Source: Salinirussus sp.
Lineage (GTDB): Archaea; Halobacteriota; Halobacteria; Halobacteriales; Haloarculaceae
Assembly: GCA_028275005.1 (NCBI GenBank)
Contig: JAQCNN010000069.1
Coordinates: forward strand, 1 to 45,252
Reading direction: 5' to 3'
DNA: 45,252 bases
This document shows positions 1 through 9,969 of the stretch, one piece after another. The notes under the pieces are model-generated. The model did no database searches. It had not been told where the DNA came from and saw only the letters and a list, made by a program, of their open reading frames with translations. The position numbers and the translations under genes are program-made. Within the stretch, counting starts at the first letter, position 1. The number at the start of each line of letters is the position of its first letter.

Positions 1-882
1 GGTCCACTCGAACAGCCACTCGAAGAGCTCGCGGGCCTGTTCGCGCCTGCCGACCGACAGGAGAGCGAGCACGAGCTCACAGGACTCGGCGACGGTCACC
101 CAGGGCTCGTCGGCCACACACCGACAGCCCTGTTCCGGCTCGACGAAGCGGTCCCAGCCTGCCTCGAGGCGCCGGCGGGCCCTGTCGCCGCCGAGCACAC
201 CACAGAGCACGGGGTAGTACCAGTCCATGGCGTACCGTGACTTGCTCTCCCAGGTGCGGTCGAAGCGGTCAGGGTGTTCGCGGATGGCGGTCCCCAGCCG
301 GGTGCGGGCGTCGAGCCAGCGGTCCCGGGCACCACCGCGGCCAAGCGTCGCGGCGATGGCCGCCCCACACTCCAGGCTCTTGTAGACGGAGGCACAGGCG
401 CTGACCAGCGCGTCGCGGTGGGGCTCGCCGTCGGCGTCGACGGTCCAGTACACCTCGCCTGTGGGGGTCTGCTGGGCGAGTGCGAACCCGAGGGCGTCCC
501 GGACAGTCGGCCAGTACTCGGCCAGAAACGACCGGTCGCCGGTCACGCGGTAGTGTGTCCAGACCCCGACCGCGGCGTAAGCCGCCCGGTGGGTCTCCTT
601 CCGTTGCTCCTCGCCCTCGTGGCCGTTCGGGCCGGACGCCTCGTCACCGTAGGCCGCCCACCAGCCACCGTCGTCGTGTTGGGTCCCGGCGAGCCAGGCG
701 TAGGCCCGTTCCGCGGCGTCCGTTCGACCCGCCACCGACAGCCCCATTGCACTCTCGACGTGGTCCCAGGGGTCGGCGGGCCCGTCGAGGTACCACGGGA
801 GTAACCCGTCCTCTCGCTGTGTCCGGTCGATGTAGGCCGCGCTGGGTTCGAGTCGTGGGTCCAGCAGGTCCGGCTCACTCAT
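1..882 (-). CDS. (alpha/alpha)-barrel protein of the prenyltransferase/squalene-cyclase-repeat or six-hairpin glycosidase-like type; 3' end lies beyond the window
   Basis: Not in the ORF track, presumably because no stop lies inside the window. Manual translation from ATG at 882: MSEPDLLDPRLEPSAAYIDRTQREDGLLPWYLDGPADPWDHVESAMGL...AYAWLAGTQHDDGGWW...GDRSFLAEYWPTVRDALGF...QTPTGEVYW. It has Q-x-x-[DT]-G-x(1-3)-W repeats, and its start overlaps the methyltransferase stop. Confidence 0.8.
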   Translation of the reverse strand, partial: MSEPDLLDPRLEPSAAYIDRTQREDGLLPWYLDGPADPWDHVESAMGLSVAGRTDAAERAYAWLAGTQHDDGGWWAAYGDEASGPNGHEGEEQRKETHRAAYAAVGVWTHYRVTGDRSFLAEYWPTVRDALGFALAQQTPTGEVYWTVDADGEPHRDALVSACASVYKSLECGAAIAATLGRGGARDRWLDARTRLGTAIREHPDRFDRTWESKSRYAMDWYYPVLCGVLGGDRARRRLEAGWDRFVEPEQGCRCVADEPWVTVAESCELVLALLSVGRREQARELFEWLFEWT

Positions 883-1582
883 TGGCCTCGAAGTAGAGGA
901 CAACGCTCTTGCCCAACAGCGGGTCGAGTGCCCCCTCGAGCGCCCGGACCGGCCGAGGGTCGCTCAGGACGTCCCACTCGAGAAAGCGCTCGTAGGCCCG
1001 CAGCGGGAGGGGCTGTTCGTCGGGGTCGTCGGCCCGGTCCCACCAGAGACACTTCAGCCACCAGTAGGGGGTGTGCAGCGCGTGGGCGAAGTGCCCGCCG
1101 AGATGTCGAAAGCCACGTGCTTCGACCGCCGCCCGCAGTTCCTCGCGGTCGAAGATGCGGACGTGGCCGCCATCGACCCGGTGGTACTCCTCGGAGAGCA
1201 GCCAGCAGACCCGTTCGGGGCCGTAGCGAGGCACGCTGACCGCGAGCGCCCCGCCGGGCCGGCAGACCCGCCGGAGTTCCGTGATCGCGGCCTCGTGGTC
1301 TGGGAGATGCTCTAGCACCTCCGAGCAGACCACGATGTCGAAGGCGCCGTCGACGAACGGCAGGGAGAGGGCGTCACCACAGAGGAAGGTGCCAGGGGTC
1401 CCGTCGGCGTAGGTGTTGTAGTCCTCCCTGGCAGTCACGAGCCGGTCGGCGTCGACGTCGACGCCGACGACCTCGCCGGCGTCGCTGGCGGCAGCAACGG
1501 CGTGGCGGCCCTCGCCACAGCCCACATCGAGCACCCGAGCCCCCGGTCCCGACGGGAGCCGGTCGAACTCAACCGTCTCCAT
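875..1582 (-). CDS. class I SAM-dependent methyltransferase
   Basis: Motifs VLDVGCGEGRH, DALSLPF and SEVLEH, LRRVCRPGG. Likely start METVEF (ATG 1582) overlaps the end of the GT4 gene. Confidence 0.9.
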   Translation of the reverse strand: METVEFDRLPSGPGARVLDVGCGEGRHAVAAASDAGEVVGVDVDADRLVTAREDYNTYADGTPGTFLCGDALSLPFVDGAFDIVVCSEVLEHLPDHEAAITELRRVCRPGGALAVSVPRYGPERVCWLLSEEYHRVDGGHVRIFDREELRAAVEARGFRHLGGHFAHALHTPYWWLKCLWWDRADDPDEQPLPLRAYERFLEWDVLSDPRPVRALEGALDPLLGKSVVLYFEANE

Positions 1583-2972
1583 TGGTGATCGCCTGCCGGT
1601 AGGTCCGTGCTGTCTCGCGTGCGGCCCGCTCCCAGGCGAACTCCTGGACGACGCGCTCACGGCCGCGACGGCCCAGCCGGCGCCGCCGGTCCGGGTCACC
1701 GAGCAGGGCTACGATAGCAGTCGCCAACGCGTCCGCGTCCGCGGCCGGGACCTGCACGCCCGCGTCCCCGACGACCTCGGGCAGGGCGCCGCCGTCGGTC
1801 GCGACGACCGGCACGCCACAGGCCATCGCCTCCCCTGCCGGGAGCCCAAAGCCCTCGTAGACCGAGGGAACGACCGCGACGTCGGCGCTCGCGTAGAGGT
1901 CGACCAGCCGGTCGGTCGTGACCCCGGCGTGGGTCGTGACCGCATCGCCGAGCCCCAGTTCCGCGACCAGCCGGTCGGCGTCACCGCCGTCGTCGAACTC
2001 CCCGACGACGACCAGCTCGGCGTCGACGGACTCGCGGACCTGTGCGAACGCCCGGAGGAGGTAGCGGACCCCCTTGACCGGGGCGTCCGCGCTGACCGTC
2101 GTCATCAGGCGGGACGCCGCCCGCCCCGAGTCGGTCGTTTCGCCTCGCTCTGCCCCGCCGGGCCGTGGCTCGAAGACGTCGGTGTCGACCCCGTTGTGGA
2201 CGACGCGGACGGCGTCAGGGCTGGCGCCGAAGTCCGCCACGGTCCGCTCGCGTGCCGCCTCCGAGACGGTCACGACGTGGGAGAGTTGTGGGACAACCGC
2301 CTGCTGCATCCGGAGAAAGTGGTACCACCGGCGGACGAGTAGCCGCTCGCTGAGCCCGTCGGTCTCGGCGAGGGTGACCTCGCGGTCGACCGTGATCGGG
2401 TGGTGGACTGTTGCGACCACCGGATAACCCCGGTCGGCGAGTTCGGGCAGGGCGTAACACAGCGACTGGTTGTCGTGGACAACGTCGTAGTCGGGCTCAC
2501 AGGCCTCGAAATGGTCGAGCACCCGGCGTCCGAAGGCGTAGGGGTCCGGAAAGCCGCCGGTCAGCGCGCTGAGCCACTCGTAGAGGGCGGTCGGGTCGGC
2601 GAGGTAGGCGGGCTCGAACTGCCGGAGCCGGTGTAGGCTGTCGACGATATTCTCGCCGGGGAGTTTCACCAGCCGGACCCCCTCGTCCAGGTCCGGATAC
2701 GGCTTGCCGGAGATGACGTCGACCGAGTGGCCCAGGGCCGTCAGCGCCCGGCTGAGATACTTGACGTAGACCCCCTGACCGCCGGAGTAGGGATCACTAC
2801 GGTAGCTCAACAGGCAGACGTCGAGGGACCCACCACCCCCGGACCCGGTCAGGTCGGCCGGGTTCGGCCGCTCGGTCGTCACCTCGCCGGCTCCCGGCGA
2901 CTGCGAGGCCTCCGGGGGGACCGTGGCGCCGAGTGTCCCCGGCAACAGCCGTCGAAGCGCACCTCTCACCAT
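1569..2972 (-). CDS. GT4 family glycosyltransferase
   Basis: LSYRSDPYSGGQGVY N-terminal motif, HNGVD, KGV, and PSVYEGFGLPAGEAMACG (GT-B EX7E). Start uncertain (ATG 2972 or GTG 2882). Confidence 0.9.
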   Translation of the reverse strand: MVRGALRRLLPGTLGATVPPEASQSPGAGEVTTERPNPADLTGSGGGGSLDVCLLSYRSDPYSGGQGVYVKYLSRALTALGHSVDVISGKPYPDLDEGVRLVKLPGENIVDSLHRLRQFEPAYLADPTALYEWLSALTGGFPDPYAFGRRVLDHFEACEPDYDVVHDNQSLCYALPELADRGYPVVATVHHPITVDREVTLAETDGLSERLLVRRWYHFLRMQQAVVPQLSHVVTVSEAARERTVADFGASPDAVRVVHNGVDTDVFEPRPGGAERGETTDSGRAASRLMTTVSADAPVKGVRYLLRAFAQVRESVDAELVVVGEFDDGGDADRLVAELGLGDAVTTHAGVTTDRLVDLYASADVAVVPSVYEGFGLPAGEAMACGVPVVATDGGALPEVVGDAGVQVPAADADALATAIVALLGDPDRRRRLGRRGRERVVQEFAWERAARETARTYRQAITNGDG

Positions 2973-3165
2973 CGGTTGCCCCAAGAAACAGAAAACGGAG
3001 TGATAGTGGTTTCGCTTTCCCGCGGCTCGGCGCGGACGGGACGGGCGGTGTCACGCGAACGGCGTCTCACAGCCAGGGCCAGAGCGGCCAACGGCAAAAA
3101 GCCACGTGCTCGGGGAGGCGTACACGCGGAACCCGAGCCGAGCCGCCGTGGGGTTGTCTCCGGCG

Positions 3166-5430
3166 CTACTGGAAGGTGCGGCTGACCTGCCCCTCCTCGG
3201 GCTGGTCCGGCTCGCGGGTCTGGAACTGCTCCTCTATCTCCTCGTAGCGCTCGCGGGTGTCGGCATCGACGCTGGGGCCGACCTCCTCGAGGGCCTCCTC
3301 GAAGTGGTCCATCGTCAGGCGGACGTTCCCGACGGTGTCGTCGACCTCGTCGGGGTCGACGCTGTTGATGAACTCCCGGGTCGCGGCCATCGACGCCTCC
3401 CGACTGACCGCCTCGATGTCCGCGCCAACGTAACCCTCGGTACGGGCAGCCAGGTCGTCGAGGTCGACCCCCTCGGCCAGCGGCTTGCCGCGGGTGTGGA
3501 CCTCGAGGATCTTCCGGCGGGCCCCCTCGTCGGGGACGGGTACGTGGACGTGGCGGTCCAGCCGGCCGGGGCGGATCAACGCGGAGTCGATGAGGTCCGG
3601 ACGGTTCGTGGTCGCGATCACGACGACGTCCTCGAGCTCCTCGAGCCCGTCGAGTTCGGTCAGTAGCTGGGAGACGACCCGCTCACCGACACCGGAGTCA
3701 CCGGCCTGACGGCCCCGCTCGCCGGCGATCGAGTCGATCTCGTCGAAGAAGACGACGGTCGGGGCGTTCGACCGCGCCTTCTCGAAGACCTCACGAACCC
3801 CCTTCTCGCTCTCGCCGACGTACTTGTTGAGCAGCTCCGGCCCCTTTATCGAGATGAAGTTGCTCTGGGCCTCGTTGGCGATGGCCTTCGCAAGCAGTGT
3901 CTTTCCCGTCCCGGGCGGGCCGTAGAGCAGGACACCTTTTGCCGCCTGCATGTCCATCTGCTCGAACACCTCGGGGTAGTCGAGCGGCCACTGGATGGTC
4001 TCCCGGAGCCGCTCTTTTGTCCCCTCGAGCCCGCCGACGGACTCCCAGGTGACGTCCGGCACCTCGACGAAGACCTCCCGGAGCGCGGAGGGCTCGACGC
4101 CCTTCAGCGCCTGCTTGAAGTCGTCCTCGCTGACCTCGAGTCGCTCCAGGGTCTCGGCGGGGATCTCGTCCTCCTCGAGGTTGAGGTCCGGCCGGATACG
4201 CCGCAGGGCACCCATTGCGCCCTCCTTTGCGAGTTGCTCGATGTCCGCGCCGACGAAGCCGTGGGTGCTCTCGGCGTACTCCTCGAGGTCGATCCCCTCG
4301 GCGAGGGGCATCCCGCGGGTGTGGACCTGGAGGATCTCCAGGCGCCCACCCTTGTCCGGGACGCCGACCTCGATCTCGCGGTCGAATCTGCCACCCCGGC
4401 GCAGCGCGGGGTCCAGCGCGTCGACACGGTTGGTCGCGCCGATGACGATCACCTCGCCACGCTCGTCGAGCCCGTCCATCAGCGAGAGCAACTGGGCGAC
4501 CACCCGGCGCTCCACGTCGCCGGAGGTCTCACCGCGCTCGGGGGCGATGGAGTCGATCTCGTCGATAAAGACCACGGCCGGCGCGTTCTCCTCGGCCTCC
4601 TCGAAGACCTCACGGAGCTGCTCCTCGCTCTCGCCGTAGTACTTCGACATGATCTCCGGGCCGGAGATGTTGGTAAAGTAGGCGTCGATCTCGTTGGCGA
4701 CGGCCTTTGCCATCAGCGTCTTTCCCGTCCCGGGCGGGCCGTGGAGCAGCACACCCTTCGGGGGCTCGATACCGAGTTGCTGGAACAGCTCGGGGTGGCG
4801 CATCGGCAACTCGATCATCTCGCGGACCTGTTCGAGCTCGCCGTCGAGTCCGCCGATATCCTCGTAGCTGACATCGGGGGCCGTTGCCTCGCTCGAGGGT
4901 GACCCGCCGGAGATCTGCTCGGCGGGCTGGTCGGTGACGTCGACCTCCGTCGAGTCCGTGACGACGACTGTCCCCCCTGGGTCGGTGCTCGCGATCTTCA
5001 GGGGGATCTTCTGTCCGGACATCGAGGACAGCGGCCCGAGCCCGAAGGAGACGGGTACGGTCTGTCCCTCGGTGACCGCCTGCCCCGAGAGGTTCGAGCG
5101 GATCATCGGGCCGACGTTGCCCCGGACGCGGAGGTTCTGCGGGAGTGCAACGGTCACGCTGGTCGCCGGCTTCACCTCCGCCTTCTCGACGGACACGGAG
5201 TCGTCGATACCTGTCCCGGTCTCCTGACGGAGCTGGCCGTCGATACGGACGACACCCTCGCCCTGGTCCTCCGGGTAGCCGGGCCAGACACGTGCAACGG
5301 CCCGCCCCTCACCCTCGATGACGACGTAGTCGCCGTTCTCTAGCTCCATCTCGGACATCGCCGCCCGGTCGATGGCCGCCAGCCCACGGCCCGCGTCCTT
5401 CTGTTTTAGCGGTTTGATGGTGAGTTTCAT
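3166..5430 (-). CDS. cdc48: CDC48/VCP-family AAA+ ATPase
   Basis: N-domain plus two AAA modules (GPPGTGKT twice, FIDEID/FFDEID, second region of homology [13 protein letters not shown]); 754 aa. Confidence 0.97.
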   Translation of the reverse strand: MKLTIKPLKQKDAGRGLAAIDRAAMSEMELENGDYVVIEGEGRAVARVWPGYPEDQGEGVVRIDGQLRQETGTGIDDSVSVEKAEVKPATSVTVALPQNLRVRGNVGPMIRSNLSGQAVTEGQTVPVSFGLGPLSSMSGQKIPLKIASTDPGGTVVVTDSTEVDVTDQPAEQISGGSPSSEATAPDVSYEDIGGLDGELEQVREMIELPMRHPELFQQLGIEPPKGVLLHGPPGTGKTLMAKAVANEIDAYFTNISGPEIMSKYYGESEEQLREVFEEAEENAPAVVFIDEIDSIAPERGETSGDVERRVVAQLLSLMDGLDERGEVIVIGATNRVDALDPALRRGGRFDREIEVGVPDKGGRLEILQVHTRGMPLAEGIDLEEYAESTHGFVGADIEQLAKEGAMGALRRIRPDLNLEEDEIPAETLERLEVSEDDFKQALKGVEPSALREVFVEVPDVTWESVGGLEGTKERLRETIQWPLDYPEVFEQMDMQAAKGVLLYGPPGTGKTLLAKAIANEAQSNFISIKGPELLNKYVGESEKGVREVFEKARSNAPTVVFFDEIDSIAGERGRQAGDSGVGERVVSQLLTELDGLEELEDVVVIATTNRPDLIDSALIRPGRLDRHVHVPVPDEGARRKILEVHTRGKPLAEGVDLDDLAARTEGYVGADIEAVSREASMAATREFINSVDPDEVDDTVGNVRLTMDHFEEALEEVGPSVDADTRERYEEIEEQFQTREPDQPEEGQVSRTFQ

Positions 5431-5657
5431 GCATTCACCTCGATGGTGAGGACACCGTTGTTCATAAACGCCCGCGCGTCGGCGCCGACCTCGAACTCGT
5501 GGTGGTCCTCGCCGGCGACGACGATGACCGTCTCGCCGACAACGTCAACGGCCGCGTCGGCACCGCGGCCGACGTCCGCAACCAGCACGAGCCCGTCCTC
5601 GTCCTCGAAGCGACGGGCGACGATGCCCTCCTCTTCCAGCTGCTGTAACACAGTCAT
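5427..5657 (-). CDS. small Hsp20/alpha-crystallin-like protein upstream of cdc48
   Basis: C-terminal [10 protein letters not shown] strand typical of the Hsp20 fold; 4-bp overlap with the cdc48 start. Confidence 0.75.
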   Translation of the reverse strand: MTVLQQLEEEGIVARRFEDEDGLVLVADVGRGADAAVDVVGETVIVVAGEDHHEFEVGADARAFMNNGVLTIEVNA

Positions 5658-5658
5658 G

Positions 5659-5697
5659 CTAACCACAAGTAAGTGTTAGTCGTATATAAAAGTTTCT
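5659..5697 (-). promoter_or_regulatory. BRE/TATA promoter (GAAAC-TTTTATATA) plus CTAAC-N11-GTTAG inverted repeat for the Hsp20-like/cdc48 operon
   Basis: TATA at 5683-5691, about 26 nt upstream of ATG 5657 (leaderless spacing); inverted repeat at 5659-5679. Confidence 0.7.
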
Positions 5698-5892
5698 CTA
5701 ATCGGCCCGAACGGTAGCCACCGATCGAAGAGACGCTTGTTTGCGGTTCAGGCCCTCTGGCCCGGACACTGAACGCCCGCTCGGGCACACTGAGACGCTG
5801 TGCGTTGCCCGCCGAGCCAAAACGGCTCGGGGAAACCAGCCAGCTTCAAACGGGGCTTCGGCCCCGGATATCGGGTCCTGCCTGTGACCCCG

Positions 5893-6906
5893 CTACTGCT
5901 GGGGTCTGACCACGAGCTTGCCGACCTGGTCACGGTCCTGCATCGCGGCAAAGGCCGCGTCCGTCTCCCCGAGGGGGTAGGTCTCGTCCACCACCGGGTC
6001 GACCTCCCCGTCGGCCACGAGCCCGAGCAGCCGGCGAAGGTCACCCTGGGTCCCCATCGTGCTGCCGACGACGCGCTTGTGCTGGAGGAACAGGTCGGCG
6101 ACCTGTACGGTCGACTCGCCGCCGGCCGTCCGGCCACAGACGACCATGGTCCCGCCACGCCGGAGCACCGACTGGCCGAGGCCGGTGTACTCCCCGCCGA
6201 GGTGGTTGAAGACGGCGTCGAATCGACCGTCGACCGCTTCGCGGATCGTGTCGATATCGGTGGACTCGACCCCTCGGTCGAGCCCCAGTTCGCGCACGCG
6301 GTCGAGCTTTCGGCCGGAGGAGGAGGTCCCGACCGACTCCAGCCCGAGCGCGTCGGCGATCTGGACGGTCGCGACCCCGACACCGCCGGTCGCGCCAGGG
6401 ACGAACACACGGTCACCAACCTCCAGGTCGGCCTGTCGAAACATGTGGTATGCCGTCATGTAGGCGGTCGGGACCGCGGCGGCCTCGACCGGCGTGACAC
6501 CCTCGGGCAGCGCGAGCAGTCGGTCGGCCGGGACGCGGGCGGTCTCGGCGAGCCCGCCGTGAAACAGCGAGAACCGCTCACAGAGGTTCTCCGGCCCCTC
6601 CCGGCAGTACTGACAGCTCCCACAGGTCTCGTTCGGGCAGAGCACTACCCGGTCGCCGGGCTCGACGTCCCGGACGGCTGCCCCGACCTCCCGAACTGTG
6701 CCCGCGACGTCCAGCCCGGAGACGAAGGGGAGGTCGCCGCCGTCGACCATCGCCGAGTCCCCGTCGAGAATCCAGAGGTCGTGGCGGTTGATCGAGCAGG
6801 CCTCGACGTCGATGACTGCCCCGTCCGCCCCGGGCTCGGGTGTTTCCTGCTCGATGACGCCCACGCCGTCCGGGCCGGTCAGTTCGGTGAATGCTGCGGC
6901 GCGCAT
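5893..6906 (-). CDS. zinc-binding MDR alcohol dehydrogenase / quinone oxidoreductase family protein
   Basis: INRHD, GLDVAGTV, structural-Zn motif CGSCQYC...C, and GATGGVG nucleotide-binding motif. Confidence 0.9.
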   Translation of the reverse strand: MRAAAFTELTGPDGVGVIEQETPEPGADGAVIDVEACSINRHDLWILDGDSAMVDGGDLPFVSGLDVAGTVREVGAAVRDVEPGDRVVLCPNETCGSCQYCREGPENLCERFSLFHGGLAETARVPADRLLALPEGVTPVEAAAVPTAYMTAYHMFRQADLEVGDRVFVPGATGGVGVATVQIADALGLESVGTSSSGRKLDRVRELGLDRGVESTDIDTIREAVDGRFDAVFNHLGGEYTGLGQSVLRRGGTMVVCGRTAGGESTVQVADLFLQHKRVVGSTMGTQGDLRRLLGLVADGEVDPVVDETYPLGETDAAFAAMQDRDQVGKLVVRPQQ

Positions 6907-6937
6907 ACCCCACTATCTACCCGGGGGATAAAGATAG

Positions 6938-7747
6938 TTAGTACAGCTCGTCCAGCTCGTCGACGGTCCGGCTGTGTTCGGGCCCCGGGAAGCTGCCGCC
7001 CTCGACAGCCTCGACGTAGGCGTCCAGCGCGGCCTCCATCTCGCCGCGGACGTCGCCGAAGGCCTCCGCGAACGGCGGCGACCCCGCCGAGAGCCCGACG
7101 GCGTCGGTAAAGACCAGCACCTGCCCGTCACAGTCCGGCCCGGCGCCGATACCGATCGTCGGGACCGAGAGCTCCTCGGTGACCCCTGCAGCCAGGTTCG
7201 CGGGCACGTGTTCGAGCACGCAGGCGAACGCCCCCGCCTCCTCGTGCTCGCGGGCGAGGTCGGCGATCTCCTCGGCACGCGCTTGCTCGACGCCCTGGCG
7301 GGTGTAGCCGGTCCGGTGGACCTGCTGTGGGGTGAGACCGACGTGGGCCATGACCGGAACCCCGAGGTCCGTCAGCCGCTCGGTCAGGGGGACGGTGTGG
7401 GGGCCGGACTCGACTTTCACCGCGTGGGCGCCCTCCTCCTTTACCATCCGGCCACAGTGTTCGATGGCGTCCGCGCGGTCGACCCCGACCGAGAGAAAGG
7501 GCATGTCGGCGACGACGAGGGCGTCCTCGGTGCCGCGGGCGACCGCGCCGGTGCGGGAGGCAACCTCGTCGACGGTGACCGGGAGTGTCGAGTCGTAGCC
7601 CAGTACGGCGTTACCCATGCTGTCGCCGACGAGGACGATGTCCACGCCTGCGGCGTCGACGAGTGCCGCCGTCACGGCGTCGTAGGCGGTGAGCATCGTG
7701 ATCGGTTCCTCGCCGGCCTGCGCCCGGAGGTCACGGACCGTGGTCAT
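6938..7747 (-). CDS. panB: 3-methyl-2-oxobutanoate hydroxymethyltransferase
   Basis: MLTAYD, LVGDSMG, VADMPF, AVKVE, HVGLTPQ, IGIGAGPDCDGQVLV. Start at MTTVRD with a CTTAAC TATA-like box upstream. Confidence 0.96.
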   Translation of the reverse strand: MTTVRDLRAQAGEEPITMLTAYDAVTAALVDAAGVDIVLVGDSMGNAVLGYDSTLPVTVDEVASRTGAVARGTEDALVVADMPFLSVGVDRADAIEHCGRMVKEEGAHAVKVESGPHTVPLTERLTDLGVPVMAHVGLTPQQVHRTGYTRQGVEQARAEEIADLAREHEEAGAFACVLEHVPANLAAGVTEELSVPTIGIGAGPDCDGQVLVFTDAVGLSAGSPPFAEAFGDVRGEMEAALDAYVEAVEGGSFPGPEHSRTVDELDELY

Positions 7748-7876
7748 ATGCGGCGGTAGACGCCCGACGGTTAAGCCCTCTCGGGAACCGGCCCGGCCTC
7801 GACAGCGGCGAACGGTCGGGCAGACGGACCACAGCAAACCGCCAGGGGCTTGTCGGTGGCCCCCTCATCGGTGTCT

Positions 7877-8143
7877 GTGTCTCCTGAAGTCGAGCGGACG
7901 GACCCCGACGGTGTCGACTTCGGGTGGGTCATGCAGATGACGTTCGTCCTCACTATCGTCATCGGTGCGCCGCTGGTCGCCGCGCTCTCGCTTGGCACCC
8001 GGCTGCCGGACTGGGGCTCGCGGGCGGCCTTTGCGGTCCGGGTCGGGGCGGTCGTCTGGTTTGTCACCGCAATTACCGCCTACGCGTACGCCCGCCGGTA
8101 CCGGGAGCCCGCCCAGGACGCCGACAGTGGGGACGAGGCGTGA
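7877..8143 (+). CDS. small conserved haloarchaeal membrane protein (2 TM)
   Basis: GVDFGWVMQMTF followed by two hydrophobic segments; start uncertain. Confidence 0.7.
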   Translation: MSPEVERTDPDGVDFGWVMQMTFVLTIVIGAPLVAALSLGTRLPDWGSRAAFAVRVGAVVWFVTAITAYAYARRYREPAQDADSGDEA

Positions 8144-8152
8144 GGCCTGCGG

Positions 8153-8707
8153 TCACTGCCGGTCAGCGACAGCCTGAAAGTCGACACCCGCCCGCTCGGC
8201 GGTGACGCGGTCGCTGTCGGAGTCGCCGATGAACCGTGTCGCCGCTGGGTCGGCGCCGAGTGCGTCGACGGTCGCCAACAGCGGCTCGGGGGCGGGCTTG
8301 TGGGCGCTGACGGTGTCCCGGCCGACGATGGCGCGGACGTGTCCGTCGAGACCGTGGCGTTCCAGGGCGACCCGGCAGGCGGCCTCACAGTTCAGCGAGC
8401 AGACCCCGGTCGGCACGCCGGTCGGCAGTTCGTCGGCGAGGGGGAGCCGGGTGGCGCTATGGGCCCCCTCGCGTTCGTGGTCGGCGATGACCTCCTCGAT
8501 GGCCTGCCGGTGCTCCTTGCCCGCCTCCTCGGCGCGCTGGAGGTGGTCCCACAGCGAGCCCTCCGCCTCCAGCCCGCGGGCCCGCAACACCGCCGCTGCC
8601 TCCTCGGTGACGGCAGCCCAGTCGACGTCCAACTGGACGAGTGTCCCGTCGAGGTCGTAGACGAGCGCCTCGTACCCCTCGTCCTCGCGTGCCTGCTGGT
8701 CGGTCAC
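8153..8707 (-). CDS. HAD-superfamily hydrolase (phosphoglycolate phosphatase-like)
   Basis: DLDGTL motif I, KPAPEP motif III, GDSDSD motif IV. Confidence 0.92.
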   Translation of the reverse strand: MTDQQAREDEGYEALVYDLDGTLVQLDVDWAAVTEEAAAVLRARGLEAEGSLWDHLQRAEEAGKEHRQAIEEVIADHEREGAHSATRLPLADELPTGVPTGVCSLNCEAACRVALERHGLDGHVRAIVGRDTVSAHKPAPEPLLATVDALGADPAATRFIGDSDSDRVTAERAGVDFQAVADRQ

Positions 8708-8748
8708 ACGCCGCTATAGGGGGGGAGCCCGCAAAGAGACTTCGCCCC

Positions 8749-9237
8749 TCACTCGTCGACCAGGTCGACACCGAGTGCCCGCTCGAGGGCCGCGACCGTC
8801 GAGCCGCCGACGCCGGCCTGGGTTGCCCGCCCCTGTTCGAGTGCAAGCAGGTCCGCCTCCTCGACCTCGGCCTCCTCGGCCAGACCGGCGAGCTGGTAGC
8901 CGGCGTCCTGTCGGGCCTCGGTGAGCTGGTCGGCGTAGTCGGAGACGAGGTAGGGGAGCTGGTCGTCGTCGTAGTCGGCGCCGTCCTCCCAGTGCTCGGC
9001 GTCGGCGGCCGCCGCGTCGTGGATCTTTGCGGTGTTGCGCGCGGCCCGCTCGGCGCGGCTGCGGTCGTCGCCCCCGGTGGCGCGCGTGTCGGTGTCGTCG
9101 TGTTCCACACAGTCCGCACAGACATTCAGCTCCGCGCCGGCGACCGTTGCCGTCTGCAGTTCCACGTTAGACTCGCCACAGAGTTCACAGCTCCCGCCGG
9201 AGCTGCCGCCGCCGCTTCCGGTCGAGTACTTTGCCAT
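8749..9237 (-). CDS. archaeal MBF1-like Zn-ribbon/HTH protein
   Basis: CELCG...VCADC zinc ribbon and a C-terminal Cro/XRE-type HTH; start MAKYSTG. Confidence 0.85.
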   Translation of the reverse strand: MAKYSTGSGGGSSGGSCELCGESNVELQTATVAGAELNVCADCVEHDDTDTRATGGDDRSRAERAARNTAKIHDAAAADAEHWEDGADYDDDQLPYLVSDYADQLTEARQDAGYQLAGLAEEAEVEEADLLALEQGRATQAGVGGSTVAALERALGVDLVDE

Positions 9238-9390
9238 ATCCGATACTACCGGGCTTGCGGTCTTGAAACGTCCGCTTTCCTGCCAAGTGTGTGCCGGCAC
9301 AGGCCGTCATCCGGCGGACGCCGAACCTCCCCGTGAATGGAAAGCCATTTGATGGCCCTCGTCAAATCTTTGCGTGCCGACCGCGTCAGC

Positions 9391-9451
<61 letters not shown>

Positions 9452-9475
<24 letters not shown>

Positions 9476-9611
9476 CTCTTTAAACGACAGTGAGGACGAA
9501 TAGCGGACGGGCCGGTTTGAACCCTGGAAGACGAGCGACAGCGAGTCTTTATCCGGTTCAAATCCGGTCCCACGCACTCTTTAAAGAACAGTGAGGACGA
9601 ACAGCGGCCGG
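9452..9611 (+). repeat. direct repeat of the tRNA-Leu 3' end plus downstream flank (about 59 bp, period 101 bp)
   Basis: 9452-9484 is identical to 9553-9585 (33 bp). Similarity extends to 9510/9611 with 4 mismatches. Confidence 0.92.
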
Positions 9612-9969
9612 AACTGCTCCGGCGTGTGGCACCCGCGGGCAGAGTCATGGGGTGCAACGGTCCCACACAGTACCGGTCGGGAACAGCCGTGACCGGGCCG
9701 GTGTGAGATGCAATAACCCAGCTAGAGCCCTCCGCTGGCCCCCACCCAGTATCACCGCTGATACTCGCTGCGAAAGATTCAATATGTCTTGCTCATACCT
9801 TCGGGTGTGGCACCTCACGGTGCCAGTATCCCCCCACCCCCCACCTGCTTTCTACACACTACTCAGCCCTGGCTGTCCGGACTGTACCGAACCTGTGTCC
9901 ACGTGTCCGGCTACGGGGCCTGTACTCGAGCGAACCGGAACGCGGGACAGAAGTGGGGTCGCGGGCGGC

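Noticed and set aside
96-896. ORF-track calls in 96-896 as the real genes
   Set aside because: The motif-bearing frame is the minus-strand one starting at 882 and running off the window; the listed ORFs are alternative frames.
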